This document shows positions 8,512 to 16,577 of a stretch of DNA of 29,459 nucleotides, piece by piece. The translations under genes and the position numbers were made by a program. Source of the stretch: a virus (Duplodnaviria > Caudoviricetes). The stretch's first letter is position 1. The number at the start of each line of letters is the position of its first letter. The stretch spans positions 1 through 29,459 of IMG/VR virus record IMGVR_UViG_3300036900_000036; one strand, given 5' to 3'. The notes beneath the pieces are model-generated. The model was given only the letters and a program-made list of their open reading frames with translations, did no database searches and had not been told where the DNA came from.

Positions 8512-8964
8512 ATGTTGCTCGATCAGCATCTGGTGTTCTCGGACAACGTGGCCATCACGGCCGACGCGGTGTCCGACGTCATCGACCGCGGCGCCACTGC
8601 CCCGGTCACCGCCAACTTCGCCCCCGGCTTTGCCGGGCCTGGCTATCTGGTCGTGATGACCGGCACTGCCTTCACCGGCCTGACCTCGCTCGAGATCAAG
8701 CTGGCGTCGGACAGCACGGCCAACCTCGCCACGTCGCCGACCACGCACGCCTCGACCGGTGCGATCGCGCTGGCGGCCATGACCGCGAACAAAGTCCTGG
8801 CCGTCCTCCCGATCCCGCCCGGTGATTACGAGCGTTACGTCGGCCTGATCTACGACGTGACCGGCACCGGCACCGGCGGCACGATCCGGGCGTTCCTGAC
8901 CACGAATCCGGGCTACTACCGGAAGATGGCCAGCAACAACCCGGTCGCGCACAGCGAGCCGTAA
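8512..8964 (+). CDS. Capsid cement/decoration protein (Bbp16-like), 150 aa
   Basis: MLLDQHLVFSD..AIT..AVS.VID start and ERYVGLIYDVTG...GTIRAFL end. Beta-rich, follows the capsid gene. AGGAG RBS. Confidence 0.8.
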   Translation: MLLDQHLVFSDNVAITADAVSDVIDRGATAPVTANFAPGFAGPGYLVVMTGTAFTGLTSLEIKLASDSTANLATSPTTHASTGAIALAAMTANKVLAVLPIPPGDYERYVGLIYDVTGTGTGGTIRAFLTTNPGYYRKMASNNPVAHSEP

Positions 8965-8971
8965 CCGACCC

Positions 8972-9003
8972 AGGGTCCGGCCCTTCGGGGCCGGCTCCCT
9001 TTC
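8972..9003 (+). terminator. cUUCGg hairpin (weak terminator or stabiliser) after capsid/cement genes
   Basis: CCGGCCC-TTCG-GGGCCGG (8977-8994), extendable by AGGG/CCCT, followed by a short T run. Confidence 0.65.
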
Positions 9004-9018
9004 CAGAGGAGTCAGACC

Positions 9019-9579
9019 GTGGCAAATGAACGAGTGAATCCGCGCACCGCGCGCACGCCGAACGGAGAGGGTCCGTATTACGTGCTGGTGGAAGGCGCTC
9101 CCAAGCATTACGTGGACGGCTATGGCCTGGTGCGCGGTGGCGCAGTGGTCACGCTCGCCCCGGGCGTCGATCCCGGCAAGTATTACGTCGAGATCACCGC
9201 CGAGGAGTACGCCAAGGCGGGCGCCGACGAGACGTTCGCGCAGGCGCTGGCGGCTGTCGCGAAGGCCAAGGCCAACGAGCGGCAGGCCGGCGATCGCGAG
9301 CGCAAGCGCGTGCTGGACCAGCAGGCGCTGTCCGATCGCAACGCCCAGGCCGAGGAAGCCGCGCGCAAGGAAGCGGCCGCGCTGCAGCAGGCGGCCGATG
9401 CCCAGCGCAAGGCCGACGAGGCGAGCGAGGCGGGCAAGCAGGCCGAGGACCGCGCGAAGGCGGCCGAGCAGGCACTGGAAGATGAGCGCCAGCGCCTGGC
9501 TGCGGCCGAGGCGGAACTGGCCAAGTACCGCGAGCGCGACGAGTCGCAGAAGCAGCAGGCCGCGTCGAAGTCGAAGTAA
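9019..9579 (+). CDS. Hypothetical protein, small beta N-domain plus long coiled coil, 186 aa
   Basis: GAGGAG RBS and GTG start. C-terminal ~110 aa are A/E/K/Q/R-rich. Confidence 0.75.
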   Translation: MANERVNPRTARTPNGEGPYYVLVEGAPKHYVDGYGLVRGGAVVTLAPGVDPGKYYVEITAEEYAKAGADETFAQALAAVAKAKANERQAGDRERKRVLDQQALSDRNAQAEEAARKEAAALQQAADAQRKADEASEAGKQAEDRAKAAEQALEDERQRLAAAEAELAKYRERDESQKQQAASKSK

Positions 9580-9607
9580 ACCCGCCTCCCCGGCGGTTCG
9601 TGCAGTC

Positions 9608-9636
9608 GGGGCCGGCGTCTTGTCGGCCCCTTTTTT
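9608..9636 (+). terminator. Rho-independent terminator between head and tail genes
   Basis: GGGGCCGGC-GTCTT-GTCGGCCCC stem-loop (one G-U pair) followed by TTTTTT. Confidence 0.85.
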
Positions 9637-9648
9637 CAGGTGAGGCGC

Positions 9649-10302
9649 ATGGCATCGCAGACCGAGATCATGAATCTGGCGCTGTTCAGGCTGGCGCAGT
9701 CGATCGGCATTCCGTCCCTCAACGACGACTCCAAGGCCGCGGACGTGATGCGGCAGCTGTGGCCGACCATGCGCGACGTGGCGCTGACCGACCGCGTGTG
9801 GCCGTGGGCGCTGCAGTCCAGGCCGCTGCAACTGGTGGCCGAGGAGGAACAACCAGGCTGGCGCTACCGCTACGCCTACCCGGCCGACTGCCTGACCGCC
9901 TATGCGGTCACCACGGCATCGGGCCTGCGCACTGCGGGCAAGCTGCAGCGGTTCGCGAGCGCGGACTACGTGGCCAGCGTGTGGGGGTCGGGCTGCTTCG
10001 ACTTCGAGACAAGCCACGGCACCGAAACGACCACGATCAACACCAACGTGGAGGGCGCGCTGCTGGTGTACGCGGTCTGTGTCGAGGATGCGGGCAGGTA
10101 TCCGCCGCAGTTCGTCAACGCGCTGGCCTGTCGCCTGGCGGCCGAGGCGGCGCCGCCGCTGATCGGCGAGGTCGGGCTGCAGAACAAAGTGCAGCTGCTG
10201 CAGGAATACCAGCTGGCGCTGACCCATGCCGGCGCGCACGCGCTCAATGAATCGGCGAGCCAGGAGTCCTACGTCACTCCCTCGATGGCGGCGCGGCTGT
10301 GA
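9649..10302 (+). CDS. Tail adaptor / tail tubular protein A (T7 gp11-like)
   Basis: SQTEIMNLALFRL, WPWA, WRYRYAYPADCL and FVNALACRLAAE motifs. GAGG RBS before ATG 9649. Confidence 0.8.
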   Translation: MASQTEIMNLALFRLAQSIGIPSLNDDSKAADVMRQLWPTMRDVALTDRVWPWALQSRPLQLVAEEEQPGWRYRYAYPADCLTAYAVTTASGLRTAGKLQRFASADYVASVWGSGCFDFETSHGTETTTINTNVEGALLVYAVCVEDAGRYPPQFVNALACRLAAEAAPPLIGEVGLQNKVQLLQEYQLALTHAGAHALNESASQESYVTPSMAARL

Positions 10303-11687
10303 AGTTCTCCCAGCCCAGCCTGTCCGCCGGCGAACTCGCGCCAGGCATGCGCGGCCGGGTCGATATGGCCCGGTACTACATCGCTCTGGGACGCGCGCGC
10401 AACTTCATCACCAAGCCCACCGGTGGCGGCGTCAAGCGCCCGGGAACGTTCTTCCGTGGCTACGTGAAGTTCTCCAACAGACTGACGCGCCTACTCCCCT
10501 TCGTCTACTCGACGGAGGTCAAGTACATGGTGGAGATGGGCCACCAGTACATGCGGTTCTGGGTCAACGGTGCGCTGCTGACCAACAAGACGGTGCCGAT
10601 CGCGGGCATCAGCAACCAGAATCCGGCCGTGGTGTTCGCGACTGCGCACGGGTTTTCCGATGGCGACCAGATCGTGATCCAAGGCGCGCGCGGCATGACC
10701 CGCGTCAACGGCCGCACCTTCACCGTCACCAACGCCGGGATCGACAACTTTCAGATCGCTGGGTTCGATTCGCAGCCCGACCTTCTCTATGACGGCGGCG
10801 GCACGGCCAGCCGGATCGTGGAGGTGGCCACGCCCTACACCGAGGCCATGCTGCGCGGCGTTCGCTTCACGCAGTCGGCGGACGTGCTGTTCCTGGTGCA
10901 CGGGGACGTGCCGCCGCAGGAATTGCGCAGGACGGCGGCCAATGCGTTCCAGCTGCGCGCGTTCTCGTTCAAGCGCGGGCCGTTCCGCAGCTTCAACACC
11001 GACGAGGCCGCGATCATGGCGGCGAGCGCCGCGACCGGATCGACGACGATCACCACGAATGTGGATTTCTTCGCAGCGCAGGACGTCGGATCGCTGCTGT
11101 ATCTCGAGGAAAAGGAACTGCGCGGCGTCAAGCCGTGGGCCTCGGGCGAGAAGAATGTGCCGGTGGGCGCGCTGCGTCGCGCTGACAGCAAGGTGTATCG
11201 CGTCGCCTCGGTGCCCAGCGCACTGGGGTCGATGGGCACGCCGTTCTACCTGACCGGCGGCACGCGGCCGATCCATGACGTGGGCCGGGCCTTCGATGGC
11301 CCGCAGGACGTGAAGGACGACGGGGTGAACAGCTATGCCGTGGGGGTGGAGTGGGAGTTCGTCCACAACACGTTCGGCCTGGTGCAGATCACCAGCTACG
11401 TCAACGCGCGCGAGGTCAGGGCGACGGTGATCGAGCGGATCCCGGACAGCATCGTGGGCAGCCTGCCGACGCCATCGAACACCTGGACGATGAGCGGCAA
11501 CGGCAGCACGGTGCAGTTCGCCATCGCCGGGGCGACCAGCCATTCGTATCTGGACTATTCCGTCAGGATCAACAACGCGCCGGTGCAGTCGAATCCGTAC
11601 TATGGCGGCGGGGGCGGCGTGAATGGCGGGGGCGGCGGCAGCGTCCGGCCCGGCGGCGAGTACGGCGGCTCAATCCAACTGGTATAG
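10299..11687 (+). CDS. Tail nozzle / tail tubular protein B, N-terminal part, 462 aa
   Basis: QPSLSAGELAP...GRVD...Y...RNF....GGVKRPGT start typical of T7 gp12-like nozzles. FCCH-like insert (AHGFSDGDQIVIQGARGMTRVNGRTF), TPY and QSADVLFLVH. Ends in a Gly-rich tail, TAG 11685-11687. Confidence 0.8.
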   Translation: MKFSQPSLSAGELAPGMRGRVDMARYYIALGRARNFITKPTGGGVKRPGTFFRGYVKFSNRLTRLLPFVYSTEVKYMVEMGHQYMRFWVNGALLTNKTVPIAGISNQNPAVVFATAHGFSDGDQIVIQGARGMTRVNGRTFTVTNAGIDNFQIAGFDSQPDLLYDGGGTASRIVEVATPYTEAMLRGVRFTQSADVLFLVHGDVPPQELRRTAANAFQLRAFSFKRGPFRSFNTDEAAIMAASAATGSTTITTNVDFFAAQDVGSLLYLEEKELRGVKPWASGEKNVPVGALRRADSKVYRVASVPSALGSMGTPFYLTGGTRPIHDVGRAFDGPQDVKDDGVNSYAVGVEWEFVHNTFGLVQITSYVNAREVRATVIERIPDSIVGSLPTPSNTWTMSGNGSTVQFAIAGATSHSYLDYSVRINNAPVQSNPYYGGGGGVNGGGGGSVRPGGEYGGSIQLV

Positions 11688-11695
11688 GTGACCCA

Positions 11696-13405
11696 ATGGC
11701 GCAAGGCTGGACCATCGACGCAGCTGCGGACCAGATCCGGTTCCTCGAACCGCCTCCTGCGGGCACCAATAACATCGTGGTCACCGAACGGTCGTCCGGC
11801 GGCGCGGGCGGTACCGACGTGTTCGCCGCGGGCGCTTGGTCGGGCCGCTACGGCTACCCGCGCGAGGTGGAGTTCTTCGGGGACCGCCTGTGGTTCGCCA
11901 GCACTCGGTCGGATCCGCAGACGGTGTGGGCATCGAACATCGGCGATTACGCCAATTTTGGTCGCTCCTCGCCGATGGTCGATAGCGATGCGCTGGGCTA
12001 CAGCATCAACGCCCGGCATGTGAACGTGATCAAGGAACTGGTGCCGCTGGACAACCTGCTGGCGATGACCACGGGTGGCGAGTTCAAGGCCACCGGCGGC
12101 TCGGACGAGGTGGTCAGCCCCAGCACAATCCAGATGAAGGCGCAGGGCAATGCCGGCATCGGCGACCTGCCGGCGTGCGTCATCGGAGATTCGGCGCTGT
12201 TCCTGCAGGAGGAGGGCCAGAAGCTGCGGGATCTGCGCTACCAGTTCGAGAAGGACGGGTTCCGCGGCAACGACATCAGCGTCTGGGCGGAACACCTGTT
12301 TTTCGGCCACGACTTCACCAGCTTGGAATACTGGAAAGCGCCGTGGCAAGTCGCGTGGCTGACACGCGACGATGGCGTGCGCCTGGGCTGCACGTACATG
12401 CCGGAGCAGGAGGTCATCGGCTGGCACTGGCACGACACGGACGGCCGCTACCTGGACACCTGCACCCTGCCAGGCCGCAAGGAATCGGAGTGCTTCTACC
12501 TGGTGGAGCGCGAGATCAACGGCGAGGTGGTGCAGTGCATCGAGCAGCAGGCGCCAACGCGGTTCGACAGCGAGGACGATCTGTTCTATGTCGACTGTGG
12601 GCTGACCTATGACGGGCGGAACACGACCGCCACGACGATGACGCTTTCCGGCCCGATCGGGTGGACGCGCGACGACGAAATTCAGGTCGCGGCCTCGGCG
12701 GACGTGTTCCGCGCTGCCGATGTGGGCGATGCCATCGCGGTATGGATCGACGTGCAGGAAGAACAGGAGGACGGCAGCTTCGCCACCAGGCGTTACCAGC
12801 GCCGGCTGTTCATCGAGTCGGTGCCCGGCCCGCGCGCGGCGGTGGCGATGGCAGACGGCACGATCGAGGAGCCGCTGCGCAACAAGGACCTGACCAACTG
12901 GACATTCCAGCGAGACACGATCAGCAGCCTGTGGCATCTAGAAGGCAAGACGGTGGCGGTCCTGCAGGATTCGGCTGTCACCGGGCCCTTCTTGGTGGAG
13001 AGCGGCCAAGTGCATCTGCTCGAGCCCGGCGGCGTGGTGCACATCGGGCTGCCGTATGCGGCCGAGGTCCATACCCTCGAACTCAACACCCCCGGCGGCG
13101 AGGGCATGCGCGACATGAACAAGCTCGCGCACAAGGTCAGCCTGCAGCTGCTAGGCACCCGAGGGGTGAAGATCGGCGGCGCGCGCGGCCCGCTGTATCC
13201 GGTGAAGGAGCGCAACGCCTCCATGCCCTTCGGCACGCCGCCCTACCTGAAAACGGGCGTGTACGACCAGGACATCCCGACCGAGTGGGGTCCGGATGCT
13301 GGCGTGATCCGCGTGGTGTCGGATGATCCGCTGCCGCTGGAAATCCTGTCGATCACGGTCCGGGCGGTGGCGTCGAATGCGCAGCACGGCGGGTCGACCC
13401 GGTGA
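11696..13405 (+). CDS. Tail nozzle / tail tubular protein B, C-terminal part, 569 aa
   Basis: AGGTG RBS 5 nt before ATG 11696. GYPREVEFFGDRLWFA, PQTVWAS..GDY.NF, EQEVIGWHWH, YVDCGL, HLEGKTV, VHIGLPY and PLPLEILSI motifs. Confidence 0.82.
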   Translation: MAQGWTIDAAADQIRFLEPPPAGTNNIVVTERSSGGAGGTDVFAAGAWSGRYGYPREVEFFGDRLWFASTRSDPQTVWASNIGDYANFGRSSPMVDSDALGYSINARHVNVIKELVPLDNLLAMTTGGEFKATGGSDEVVSPSTIQMKAQGNAGIGDLPACVIGDSALFLQEEGQKLRDLRYQFEKDGFRGNDISVWAEHLFFGHDFTSLEYWKAPWQVAWLTRDDGVRLGCTYMPEQEVIGWHWHDTDGRYLDTCTLPGRKESECFYLVEREINGEVVQCIEQQAPTRFDSEDDLFYVDCGLTYDGRNTTATTMTLSGPIGWTRDDEIQVAASADVFRAADVGDAIAVWIDVQEEQEDGSFATRRYQRRLFIESVPGPRAAVAMADGTIEEPLRNKDLTNWTFQRDTISSLWHLEGKTVAVLQDSAVTGPFLVESGQVHLLEPGGVVHIGLPYAAEVHTLELNTPGGEGMRDMNKLAHKVSLQLLGTRGVKIGGARGPLYPVKERNASMPFGTPPYLKTGVYDQDIPTEWGPDAGVIRVVSDDPLPLEILSITVRAVASNAQHGGSTR

Positions 13406-13890
13406 TGCGAGCGCGCATTGTGCCGGCAACCGCTGACCACGCCCGCGCACTGGCGGCCAATGCCCGCCCCGAGGACGTGCGCGAGTTCAAGGCGGTGAGC
13501 GGCAGCGACCCCCTGCCGGTGATGCTGCGGGGCATCGATTCGAGCGTGGAGCCGCTGGTGGCGCTGCACGACGGCGAGCCGGTCTGCATGTTCGGCGCGG
13601 CGCCGTGGTCGATCCTGGGCGGCATCGGGGCGGCGTGGATGGTGGGCAGCCAGGCGCTGGATCGCAGGCGGGTGCAGGCCGATCTGCTGCGCCTGTCGCC
13701 GCTGGTGGTGGACTACCTGCAGGACCAGTTCCCCGCACTGCTATACAATTTCGTGGACCAGCGCAACACGTCGGCGATCCGCTGGCTGCGGTGGCTGGGG
13801 TTCCAGTTCGGCGAGGAGCCGATCATCTACGGGATCGAGCGCCGACCGTTCCTGTTCTTCTACCGCAAGCGAGCGCCAGCCCATGTGTGA
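13405..13890 (+). CDS. T7 gp13-like GNAT-fold virion assembly protein
   Basis: R.EDVRE and LYNFVDQRNTSAIRWLRWLGF motifs. Position after the nozzle, TGATG overlap. Confidence 0.75.
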   Translation: MRARIVPATADHARALAANARPEDVREFKAVSGSDPLPVMLRGIDSSVEPLVALHDGEPVCMFGAAPWSILGGIGAAWMVGSQALDRRRVQADLLRLSPLVVDYLQDQFPALLYNFVDQRNTSAIRWLRWLGFQFGEEPIIYGIERRPFLFFYRKRAPAHV

Positions 13891-14374
13891 GCCGACCACG
13901 ATCGCCTTGGTGACATCCGCCGCGCTGGCGGCCGGCTCCGCGTATGTCCAATACGACACGAACAAGCAGGCCGGCAAGGTCCAGGAGGCGATGGCCGAGA
14001 ACAACGCCCGCCTGGCTGCCGACGATGCGGCCAACGCGATGGCGATGGGGGACCGCGAGTCCGAGCAGCAGGCATGGCGCACTCGCGCGATCCTCGGGCA
14101 GCAACGCGCGGCGGTGGCGGCCCGGGGCATCGACCCGACGATGGGCACGCCGCTGGAACTGCTGGGCGAAACGGCCATGTTCGGCGAGGTCGACCAGCAG
14201 ACCATCCGCCTGAACGCCGCGCGCAACGCTTGGGGCTTCCGGGCGCAGGAGACGAACATCCGCAACCAGAGCGCACTGGACCGGTACACGACGAAGCAAA
14301 AGGGGAACGCCACGATCCTGTCCGGCCTGTCGAGCGTGGCGGGATCGGCGAGCAGCTTCTACGGGAGCCGGTGA
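13883..14374 (+). CDS. Internal virion (ejection) protein, T7 gp14-like, 163 aa
   Basis: MCEP start, hydrophobic N-terminus, GQQRAAVAARGID...GTPL motif, Gly/Ser-rich C-terminus. Confidence 0.78.
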   Translation: MCEPTTIALVTSAALAAGSAYVQYDTNKQAGKVQEAMAENNARLAADDAANAMAMGDRESEQQAWRTRAILGQQRAAVAARGIDPTMGTPLELLGETAMFGEVDQQTIRLNAARNAWGFRAQETNIRNQSALDRYTTKQKGNATILSGLSSVAGSASSFYGSR

Positions 14375-14375
14375 G

Positions 14376-16577
14376 ATGGCAGATATTATCCCCCGCGTCC
14401 GCGGTCCCGAGGTCCAGATCGAGCGCGGGCCGATCGTGCGCGCCGATGCGCGGCTGGACACGTCGGGCGGCAACGCGATGGCTGCGGCGCTGGGGCAGGC
14501 GTCCGGCGTGGTGGAGAAGTTCGCCGAACAGCAGCAGGAGATCAACGACACGACCGCGCTCATGGCGGCGCGTCGGCAGCTGTCGGACTGGGAGGGCCGG
14601 ACGTTCGACCCGTCCAATCCTGACGGCGTGCAGAAGTTCCGCGGCAAGAACGCGCTGGGCGCCAATGACGCGCTGCTGCCCGACCTGGATCAGGTGGTGG
14701 GCAAGATCGAGGGCGAACTGACCGGCCGCCAGAAGCAGCGGTTTGCTGGCGTGGCGCTGCAGTTCCGCGAGAGCGTGCAGGGCCGGCTCAACGGGCACGC
14801 GGACCGCGAGTTCACCATGTTCCGGGAGGCCGAACAAAAGGCGGCCGTCGACAACTTGGGGCGGGACGCGGTGTCGGCGGGCCTGGCTGGCGACATGGAC
14901 CGGCAGGAACTGGTGCTGGCGGAACTGGTGGGGATGAACCGTGCGCGCCGCGAAGCCGAGGGCATGGGCGAGCAGTTCATCGAGGCCGAGCAGGCGGGCA
15001 TTGTGTCCGCGGTCAGCCGGCAGACGATCGAGGGGCTGGCCACGGCCGACCCATTCGCCGCGCAGGAACTGTTCGAGCGCCGGGTCGACATGCTCACGCC
15101 CGAGGACAGGCAGCAGGTGGAGAAGTCCCTGTTTCCGGTGATGGCCGATGCCGCGGCCGAGGCGGCGGTGGACGCCATCCTGGCCGGCGGTACGTTTGAG
15201 GCCGACGACCCGGGCACGGTGGATTCCCAGATCATCGCGCTGGAATCGGCCGGCAAGGCCGACGCCGAGAACCCGAATAGCACGGCCACCGGCGCCGGGC
15301 AGTTCCTCGAAAGCACATGGCTGGAAGTGGTGCAGCGGCACCGTCCGGAACTGGCGGAAGGGCGCGCGCGCGAGGAAGTGCTGGCGCTGCGCAGGGATCC
15401 GGCAGTGGCGGCCGAGATGGTCACGCGCTACCGCGAGGACAACGCGCGGCACCTGGCCCGCAACGGCGTGGCGCCCACTGCCACGAACCTGTACGCGGCG
15501 CACCATTTCGGCCCTGCCGGTGGCGTGCGCTTCGCCAAGCTGGACGATGGCGCGCCGATGACCGCCGTTCTATCCCCGAGCGAGATCGCCGCCAACCCCT
15601 ACCTGCGGGGCAAGACGGTGGGCGATACAAAAGCCGACTGGCGCCGGCGTGGCTTGGCCAGTGGCGGGGATCCGGTCCAGGCTTCTGGCCCGCCGACCAG
15701 TGAGGCCGAGGCGCTGGACCGGATCCGGGCCGGCGTGCGCGATCCGCGGCTGCGCGCCACGATGATGGCCAAGGTCCGCGAGCGGTACGGCATCCAGGAG
15801 ATGCGCGAGCGCGAGCAGACGAAGGCGCGCGACGAAGCCACGAACCTGGCCCTGTCCAATGGCGACCCGACCAAGCCGCTGCGCGAACTGATCGGCGCCG
15901 ATGCGTATGCGCAATACGAGCGCGAGGGCAAGATCGACACGCTCGAGTCCATCCGGATGAAGCGCATTCAAGGCGGCTTCGTGCAGGATGACCCGGTGCT
16001 GGTGGAGGAGATCAGCCGTGAGGCGGTGACCAACCCGGCCGCCTTCGCCCGGCGCAACTTCGACGACCCGGATCTGCAGGCCAAGATGTCCACGTCAACC
16101 CTGGCCGAGTTCAAGAAGATGGCCGCGGACGGCGCAAAGGCTGAAACCCGTGCTGACTGGATGACCAGCGATCAGCGCGTGAGCCGCGCATTCACCTCGC
16201 TGGGGATCGACTCAATCGGCGACGCCGCCGGCCGCGGGTCGGAGAAAAAGAACGTCGAGCGCAAGACCGCGCGCGGCGAGTTCCGGATCGCCTATGCTGA
16301 CGCCCGGCGGACGTGGATGCAGGCCAACCCGGGCAAGAAGCCGCCGCCCGAGGTCGAGGACAGCCTGTTGCAATCCACGATCCGCAATTTCGCCGAGCGC
16401 CAGAAGCAGGGGAGGACCGGGATGTATAGCAGCGCGCTGCGCTTCCAGGCGGACATCAGCCAGCCGGATCGGACGGCGGTCCGGAACGCCTATATCGCCA
16501 AGTACGGGGTGGCGCCGACCGACGCATGGGTGACGGCGTATTTCGCGCGCCGCGACATGGCGGCCACGAATGAATGA
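14376..16577 (+). CDS. Internal virion protein with lytic transglycosylase-like domain, 733 aa
   Basis: Helical protein with IIALESAG...NPNSTATGAGQFLESTW...LYAAHHFGPAG (catalytic ES and GxxQ motifs) at about 15230-15640. Confidence 0.8.
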   Translation: MADIIPRVRGPEVQIERGPIVRADARLDTSGGNAMAAALGQASGVVEKFAEQQQEINDTTALMAARRQLSDWEGRTFDPSNPDGVQKFRGKNALGANDALLPDLDQVVGKIEGELTGRQKQRFAGVALQFRESVQGRLNGHADREFTMFREAEQKAAVDNLGRDAVSAGLAGDMDRQELVLAELVGMNRARREAEGMGEQFIEAEQAGIVSAVSRQTIEGLATADPFAAQELFERRVDMLTPEDRQQVEKSLFPVMADAAAEAAVDAILAGGTFEADDPGTVDSQIIALESAGKADAENPNSTATGAGQFLESTWLEVVQRHRPELAEGRAREEVLALRRDPAVAAEMVTRYREDNARHLARNGVAPTATNLYAAHHFGPAGGVRFAKLDDGAPMTAVLSPSEIAANPYLRGKTVGDTKADWRRRGLASGGDPVQASGPPTSEAEALDRIRAGVRDPRLRATMMAKVRERYGIQEMREREQTKARDEATNLALSNGDPTKPLRELIGADAYAQYEREGKIDTLESIRMKRIQGGFVQDDPVLVEEISREAVTNPAAFARRNFDDPDLQAKMSTSTLAEFKKMAADGAKAETRADWMTSDQRVSRAFTSLGIDSIGDAAGRGSEKKNVERKTARGEFRIAYADARRTWMQANPGKKPPPEVEDSLLQSTIRNFAERQKQGRTGMYSSALRFQADISQPDRTAVRNAYIAKYGVAPTDAWVTAYFARRDMAATNE

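Noticed and set aside
11351-11695. 115-aa N-terminal extension of the second nozzle ORF given in the ORF track
   Set aside because: Arg-rich off-frame read of ORF1. ATG 11696 has a clear RBS. Kept only as the open frame relevant to a possible frameshift.
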